DNA of 41,366 bases from positions 1 through 41,366 of the forward strand of contig CAXIUT010000077.1 of the NCBI GenBank assembly GCA_964035545.1, given 5' to 3'. Numbering within the stretch: the stretch's first letter is position 1; each line of letters opens with the position of its first letter. Under the pieces are notes generated by a model. It did not search any database. It saw only the letters and a list, made by a program, of their open reading frames with translations, and was not told where the DNA came from. The stretch comes from Bugula neritina (lineage: Eukaryota > Animalia > Bryozoa). This document shows, in pieces, positions 34,033-41,366 of this stretch. The position numbers and the translations under genes were made by a program.

Positions 34033-37000
34033 TCATTGTACAAAACCCATAGTTTTAAGTCTTTCACTACTTTGTAGCTGTTCTCCCACTATATAAACCA
34101 ATATTTACTTTGCCTACTTTCAGTAAAACAAACAAGTTACCCACTAGCATACAAAACAATCAGCTGATGGATAGTATTTCTTGTACCTTGACTATGTACC
34201 ACAGCAAATTGAATGATAGTTTGGGTTGATCTCTTTGGTATTCCTGCTAGTAAATTCCTCCATATTCTACTATAATTTTTATATTCATAAATCTATCTAA
34301 AACGAATTATCTCCAAAAAATTTATCACATAGATATTTCCCTTAGAAGTACAAGAAACCTAAATAATCCATCAAATACTATCAAGGGATGCTAGTGGTCC
34401 ATCAACTGAATGTCAGTTATAGTTTAGTCTTCACTTTTTATGTCCAATACTCGAACCTACATCTCCTGTTCTAGTAGTTTTTCTCCCAAATAACTAACTT
34501 AGAATTAAGTACTTGAATATAAATAAAGTTTGCTAGTGATCCAAAAATATAAAATAGCCCATTCTATGAATACACAACTTCAACTTCAGTGCAGAATCGC
34601 CTTAAAACTCAACACCCAAATTAAATACTCTACAAAATCGAAGCTAACTTAGCTAATGAACTAAAATCAAACCACTTCTGTCAACTGATACTATCAAATC
34701 GAGTAGAATTTAGGTTTTAATAAGAATAACTTCTGAATGATGACCGAAAAGACACTTAACAGATTCGACCTTATCTCCAACAACTTTTAATATCTCTATT
34801 TTAGAACCCACTCCAAAGAATAGATAATCTCCCAAAGACTACATACATTTAGATTCAATCAAATGCTCGACTTTCACTCTTTTCTTTTAGAATACCTTCA
34901 CAGATCCTTTAGAAAGTCCGACCCATTTGTTAATATTTATTGACAAGACCAAACAATCTCCTCTACTCTCGTACTCTCGAATCCACTAAAAGTTATTATA
35001 AAACCCGAGGATAGAAGCCTTCTTGAAAATAACTTGAAAATTGCTCCAGATAAAAATTCCAGCAGTATTATAGTGAAATCCTTTAGGAATATTGCCTTTG
35101 ATAGGAGAATAGATAACAATCATCTCGTCGATATCGATGTCTTTCCGAAGAAACCTGGGAACATGTCCTTTATAAAATAAACTTTAAGGAATTTGACCAA
35201 ATTAACTTATTGATATTTGAGCTCTCATCATCTAGACTTCACTAGAATAGCAGCTAAATATATCATGCTAGTAGCACTGTATATGATAGAGGTTGTCGTT
35301 TTACTCAGCTACCTAGTAAGGAGCCTTATTGCCAAATATCAAATCTATCCATAAATGCAATTTATCACTTACCTGAGGACTCTATAAGACCTACCTCATT
35401 TTAAATATAAATTATTCAGGGGAACGAGCCCAAGTCGGCAATACCACAGCGTGCACCTCTTATCCTTTCTGCTTACGACCCAGCTATATTTGATTTCTAT
35501 TTCTCAAAAACTAAGGCCAATAATAAAATTAGGGAGTAAGTTCTTTATTATCAGAAGATGAAGATAATATAGTAGAAAATTGTTCCTTTATTCCAGAAAA
35601 TAGACGATCAGCGTGATCTAACTTTCTTCCTTGATGCTACCAGTGTAGACTAGTAAAGGGTTATAATCTAATGAAGTAGTTATAAAGAATAGTAGGATTA
35701 GAATACATTGTCCCATATAAAAAACGAATATCTCGGTCACTGGGGTCAATTTCTTGCAGTCTCATCTTTAGTTTAGAAAACTTATCGATATTTAACTTAC
35801 CAGTAGGAACAGATAGATCTCTCAAGTTCTACTTCTTCATGAAATCCCGACCCAGCTCATGAAAGTTATCTTTGCCTTAATAATTCACTATCACCCAAGG
35901 CATAACTGGATATTGAGCCAAATCATTGGTTGACCTCCCTGAATACCGATTGACTAAACCTAGATACTCGAAATTACTAAGTTATCCTTTCCTCCACCTA
36001 TCTGTAAACATTCTTTGCTAGAACTCTTCCTTCCGATTGAGAATCAGATCCACTTCTTCTCCTTTGAATTTATCCAAAAAGCCGTTCCTGGTTTTTTCGT
36101 AAAACAAATTGAAAAAGTAACTTTTATGCGTTTTAGAACTAAACAACTAAAAAGCAACCTGTCTCAACATATACCTTCGAGTAAATATTTATCCCTATAT
36201 AAAAGATACTTCAAAAGTATTTATTTACGTCTATTACCACTAGTTCAACTTCTACCTCCAGTGACATTTGTTAGTAGTCATTCGGTATTCTTTCTCCTCA
36301 GGCATTGTTTCATGTCCAGTAAAAGTAAATTATATATTTTTGGCTCTTATGCTTATTCTACCTCCATAAACTCCCCGCTTAGTCACCCACTCACACCAAA
36401 ACCACTCCTTCTTCGACCTATCTTTTTCTATCTCGTCTTTACGACCTGCATAACTCCAAGATAAGTCAGATCGAGATATTTATGATACAGTAGAAAAGTA
36501 GGTAGAATTGATGGATGATTTTAGGGAAAGGTCAAGGTTATTTTTGTTTGTTTCCTGTTTAAGCAAGATAAGATCTTTATATTTTTGTCTGCGAGGGTAA
36601 GGCAACTTATTGAGTTCCATTTTTACTGGTTTAATATTAAGTTTATATAACCCAAAAGGTCCCAACTCCTTTTAATCCAATTAATAGAAACAAGTTGTCA
36701 AATCATCAAGATCTCCCTGTAGTTAAAACCAGTGCTAGTTAGATATCAGCAACTCTTTCCACTATTTCTAATTTTGAAGACCTTCATCATTTAATTAAAT
36801 CAACATAGCCTCATATATCTCATCCAGTTAACGATGCACTCCGATCATTTTCAATTCAGATGGGAACTACAACTACACCAACTTCTAATTCAAAGGTTAA
36901 ACCATCCAGCTTGGAGTAGTAATATTATTAATCCAATACTCTCTTGATACTTCTAGTAGTTTACAACTGACTAGTTATAATTTATCGAATGATTTATTTT

Positions 37001-40000
37001 TTTATTATTATAATTCTGATGTAAAGGTTTTAATGATTTATTTTTGTTATGTATCTTTGATACTAAAGCTTCTAACTGTCTTCATAGCCAAATCCATCAA
37101 TTTCAATAGCTATTGGTCAATGAAAGAACTCTACAAAGCCTATTAAATACACTTACTTGCATGAACCAATCCCTCTATTGCCTTCTTCTTAGACTTCTAT
37201 TTAAATATTTTCCATAGCTATCCACTAATAGAACCAGCTCGTATTATATAACTACGATTCAATGAATTAACCACCTACATAAACAGCTACACCCACAATC
37301 CCATCTATTAAGTAGTTTCAAAGCTATTTGTATTGCTTAGTAGGTAATCTATGGTTTGTTTGAAGATAGCGATGGGAGCCAAAGTGGATATAAATGATAT
37401 TTTGTTGCCCAGCTATCGATATAAAATTAAATTTAGTAATAAATAGAGTTATGTAAGTTAACATTTTTTTGATAAAAACAATGCTATTGAACCACCAGGA
37501 CAAGTATCATCTTCTATGCTAACAAAAGGCAAAGCTACATCACCAACTCCATTCAGCAATCCCTGCTCAACCAGATAGTACAAACTCTTCCAACCTCGAC
37601 AATGCTAGATCAAGGCATAACATCCACGATTGGGCTTTTTAATATTATTTTTAGAAATAACCAATTCCTCAGAAACCTAGCCTTGACTTTTAATAAATTC
37701 TTTCAGCAAAGACAAAGTTTAATAAGTAACTACTGAAGGAAGTACAGCTAGCGTATTGCTACTATCTTAGTAATATACATTTTAGAGGAGAAACTATATA
37801 AAGATGGAGTTATTTTTAGTTATTTTAGCACTATTTAGCAACAATCGAATCATTTGTTTAATTATTGATCTCCAGGTATTATAAATTGTAGAGTCGACCA
37901 CTAACTTATCTTTAATAGCTTTAAATAAAATCAAATAGTTGTAATTACAACTCAAACGATAAAGACTTTTATCTGTCAAATGCTTTATACCAGAATTTAT
38001 CTAAACAAAAACCTTTTCTCTCTATTTCACCATACCAACTTTCAATATCACATCTTAAACCATCTTGTCAATAATAGTAGATTTGCCAGGTGTTATTATA
38101 TTGTATTTATCAATCACGTGGTGCAATACCCTCAGACAATCACTCAAACTAGAACTCTAGTTCTGATAATAAGCTCTGGTAAAATAACCAAGCCAACAGT
38201 CCTGAGTCTGCTCCCTTACCACGTACTCCAAGACTACATCCCCCAAACCAACCACCGCCTCTCCTACTAAATGTCCCTCACTCTCAACGATGCCACACAA
38301 CACTCTTAGACTAATATTCCAACTGCTTATCGACTTAAATATTATGTCGATGCCCACAAAACATTTCAACAGGTAAGTGGACATCATACCAAAAGCAGAA
38401 TTTTATGACTAAGAAAGCTATCGAGAGCGGCTTCTTCTTTTTAGTGATTTGAGCAAAGACAAAATAAAATAAAGATCTCTCTCGAGAAAGGTCTAGTTAT
38501 TGTTGTTGTTCTCTATTTGAAAATCTTTTATTTATGATAGAGAAGAAAACTACTTTACGACTGAATTAAAAAATGTATAGTAAGTTTAAGCCAGTCTTTT
38601 TTGCAGTAGCTAGTAATGAGGCAAATATGTCTATGAAGTAGCAAAAAGAACCATAGAGGAAGTCAGCTTTTTATGTAGATCTTTTTTAATCAAAACTCTG
38701 ATTAGCTTATTTTATCTAATATATGATTCGATGAGTGCGAGAACAAATTGCTGCACAGGAAGAGAACAGTTAGACCAAATCTAAAAATTAGACAATGTTT
38801 TTAAAACTAATTGAAGTTATATTTTCCTCATTTTGTTTTATATTTGAGGATCTGATGGGACTTTATGTTTGCCTCTTCTAAAAGATACTACAAACTAAAA
38901 TATACTCAACAGTAGTCCTGAGTCCTGAGTCTAACGAATTAGCTGGTTTCTTTTCACCAATAAAAACAAAAAAGGATTCAAATATTTCATGTTCTTTATC
39001 ATATCGTCCAAAAAACAACCTCCCTCGTCTAAATAAACCATCAGTCTCAACATCTAAAAAAAATACTTAATCAACTACACAATCTTCCCCTCACTATCTT
39101 CAACTTCCTCTAAACTACGACTCAGTCTCTCCAAAACAAAAAATATAGTCTCCAACCCACCCAACTGCAAACAAATATCAAACATCTTAGGCTGCTTAGT
39201 CACAGGATTTATTACAATCTCAGTCTTAGCCTTAAAAAAAGACCATCTCTGCTCCATCAACTACAATATCGGAGGCTATTGATGATGATTCAACTTATAA
39301 CAACACTTATCGAATCCCAACGACTCAATCACCACTCTTGTCTTCTTCTCACTCTCACACCATTTCTTGTACAGCTAAATCAACTCCAACGAACAATTCA
39401 ATGCATAAAATGAACGAATGGTCCCAAAACAATGGCCCAACTCAAAACTCTTTATCTATCCTTTACGAACCAACTTTATCTAGTACTCAGAACCATCAAT
39501 ACTTACCTTCAAAAGGTTGTTGTCCTTCCCAGACAAAGTAGCCGTCACTAAAGATTGATAGTTATCTTATCCCAAATTTATATATTGTTTCTTTTATTAT
39601 ATGATGACCTTATTTCCTTGTTTGACAACTACAACTGCCATACGTTATCTCTGTTCCTTGATAGATTAAATGCTAAACTTTTGAGGAGATTGACTAAAAG
39701 TTACACTTACCTCATACAACACCTCTTTATCCAATTTTATTCTAAGAATCTTGTGCTAGAGTTAAGTTGGTTAATATAGCCCGCCAATAGCGTCGAACAC
39801 TATCACAAATAGTAGAGATTTTACTTATCTAATATTTTTCATGACTAATCCACAGTGATCGATGCCACATTTTATATTAACATTTTCATCACAAAACCTA
39901 CGACTTAGAGAAGCAAGCAAACCTATTATCCTGATTAGTTTTTATACTATTACAGGAAATGACACACCTCTACGAATCAAAGACTGCCAACTAACTACAT

Positions 40001-41132
40001 TCAATAAATTTAACAATAACTTGTACTTTAAAACTGTCATATTACTTAAAGCCTACTCACGAATCACTCTAAAGGCCACCTGACTAATCACCACGTTTCT
40101 CTATTACAAATAGTGATTCACCAGTATCTTGAACAATTACTAGTTACTTTCAAATTTACAAGCCAAACACTTCAAACCCACCAATATTATTGATTCTTTC
40201 TCTTCAGAACCAACGGTTTATTCAGGAACCTATAAAGCAAATTAAATAACAGCGTTAAATAATCTCTTACCTTCTTTCAACACAATCGCATCCCTCAAAC
40301 CCTACATCGCATCTCTCTACTTGCCATTTAAACTCTACTGCTTACCACTCTCATACATAAATTTAGTCTGTAAAAAATATGAAAACAGTAACTACTATCC
40401 TCCCAATACGATCTTCACCAAGCTCAATAAAATCTACTGATTGAACTAGCTCTTCTTGTACTTCCTTAACTTGCTGATCAACTTCTTTTGAGTTTTTATT
40501 TGAAAAATAGCAAAGAATGAAGTATTCAGAGGCTAGTGTTCTACCAATTCCCACTTAGCAAAGATAAGAGTCAAAGATAGCACTTGTTTCAAAGATAAAC
40601 AACCTTCAGGAATACTCAATAAACAATTATATATTTTGAATATTTTGCCTATCTTCATAGCTCTTGCCCTCACTCCCAACAACTGAGAATTAACCCGAGT
40701 TCCCAAAGTCTCCATCTACAACAATAAAGTACGATTTCCTATCAAAAGCAGGATAGCGAATTGATAAATCTTTTAGAATAAAAAGTGCCAATATTTATTT
40801 TATTTCCCGTTTTATTTGAACATTTTCAAGGCATGAGAAGCCAACTAATAAAAGAAAGAAAGCAATCCTCCTCCAAAATCATTTTGAGCAGCCAATAAAG
40901 ATACATAAATAAGAACAGGGTATTTATAAGGAGTAGGTAGAGTGTGGTCGATCAAAGCCTATCTCACCAGATTAAGTAGTTTTTACGAACGAATGCCAAG
41001 AGGAGATAGTTTAGAAATGATTTATTATTCGAGAAAAGAATCCTCAGCACGGTACGACTAAAATTTATTATTTTTCAGAGATTGAGTGATAGATTAGATC
41101 AGGAGTCTTACCTGACCTTCACTATTCTACAT
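34033..41132 (-). CDS. BEACH-domain protein (neurobeachin/LvsC-like; PH-BEACH-WD40), ~2346 aa; introns 34494-34512, 34359-34378, 34089-34108
   Basis: WRKGELSNFEYLGLVNRYSGRSTNDLAQYPVMPWVI, DHADRLF, KELTPEFYYWPEFL, VVLPTWA, LHLWIDLIFG, FGQIPESLF and WD repeat LFGHHSEV. Upstream ORF fragments share one frame and the spliced length is divisible by 3. The N-terminal half was spot-checked only. Confidence 0.9.
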
Positions 41133-41183
41133 TATATATATAATAAACTCAATTATCTAATTCATATTTTATCACAAAAATCA

Positions 41184-41366
41184 GGGGTTGGGGTTGGGGT
41201 TGGGGTTGGGGTTGGGGTTGGGGTTGGGGTTGGGGTTGGGGTTGGGGTTGGGGTTGGGGTTGGGTTGGGTTTATCACAAAAATCAGGGGTTGGGGTTGGG
41301 GTTGGGGTTGGGGTTGGGGTTGGGGTTGGGGTTGGGGTTGGGGTTGGGGTTGGGGTTGGGGTTGGG
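41184..41366. repeat. Right telomere (GGGGTT)n, interrupted by a 16-bp subtelomeric copy
   Basis: Terminal array in which tttatcacaaaaatca recurs at 41270-41285. Confidence 0.97.

Noticed and set aside
34093-34108. TAAACCAA resembling the Tetrahymena chromosome breakage sequence
   Set aside because: Only about half of the 15-mer matches, it lies inside a BEACH intron, and no telomere is adjacent.
35536-35554. Plus-strand 19-nt intron-like gtaagttctttattatcag
   Set aside because: It is the antisense of the conserved BEACH motif DNKELTP.

Overview
The window is a complete telomere-to-telomere ciliate macronuclear chromosome of about 41 kb, capped by (CCCCAA)n/(TTGGGG)n. The supplied ORF track is fragmented because this genome reads both TAA and TAG as glutamate, with TGA the only stop (peritrich-type code, NCBI table 30), and its genes carry tiny GTA..AG introns, 13 of the 15 I could place being exactly 20 nt. 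Retranslated by hand, the chromosome holds about 20 tightly packed genes: a pseudokinase, an EF-hand protein, an EEP-family enzyme, V-ATPase subunit a, a degenerate Nudix protein, a syntaxin, a large type I membrane protein, a DHHC palmitoyltransferase, a RINT1/TIP20-like protein, a full-architecture WASP-like protein, ORC4, four tandem coiled-coil genes, a 2.3-kaa BEACH protein and several unknowns. The most interesting gene is a ~1347-aa protein fusing a RelA/SpoT-like nucleotidyltransferase domain, a Cys/His zinc finger and a long LRR array, a candidate sensor-coupled nucleotide-signal synthase. Two internal telomeric tracts look like alternative chromosome-fragmentation sites written into the consensus, one of them replacing exactly 87 bp of a repeat unit. 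Most intergenic spacers contain their own tandem repeat. All family calls come from manual motif recognition, with no database search.
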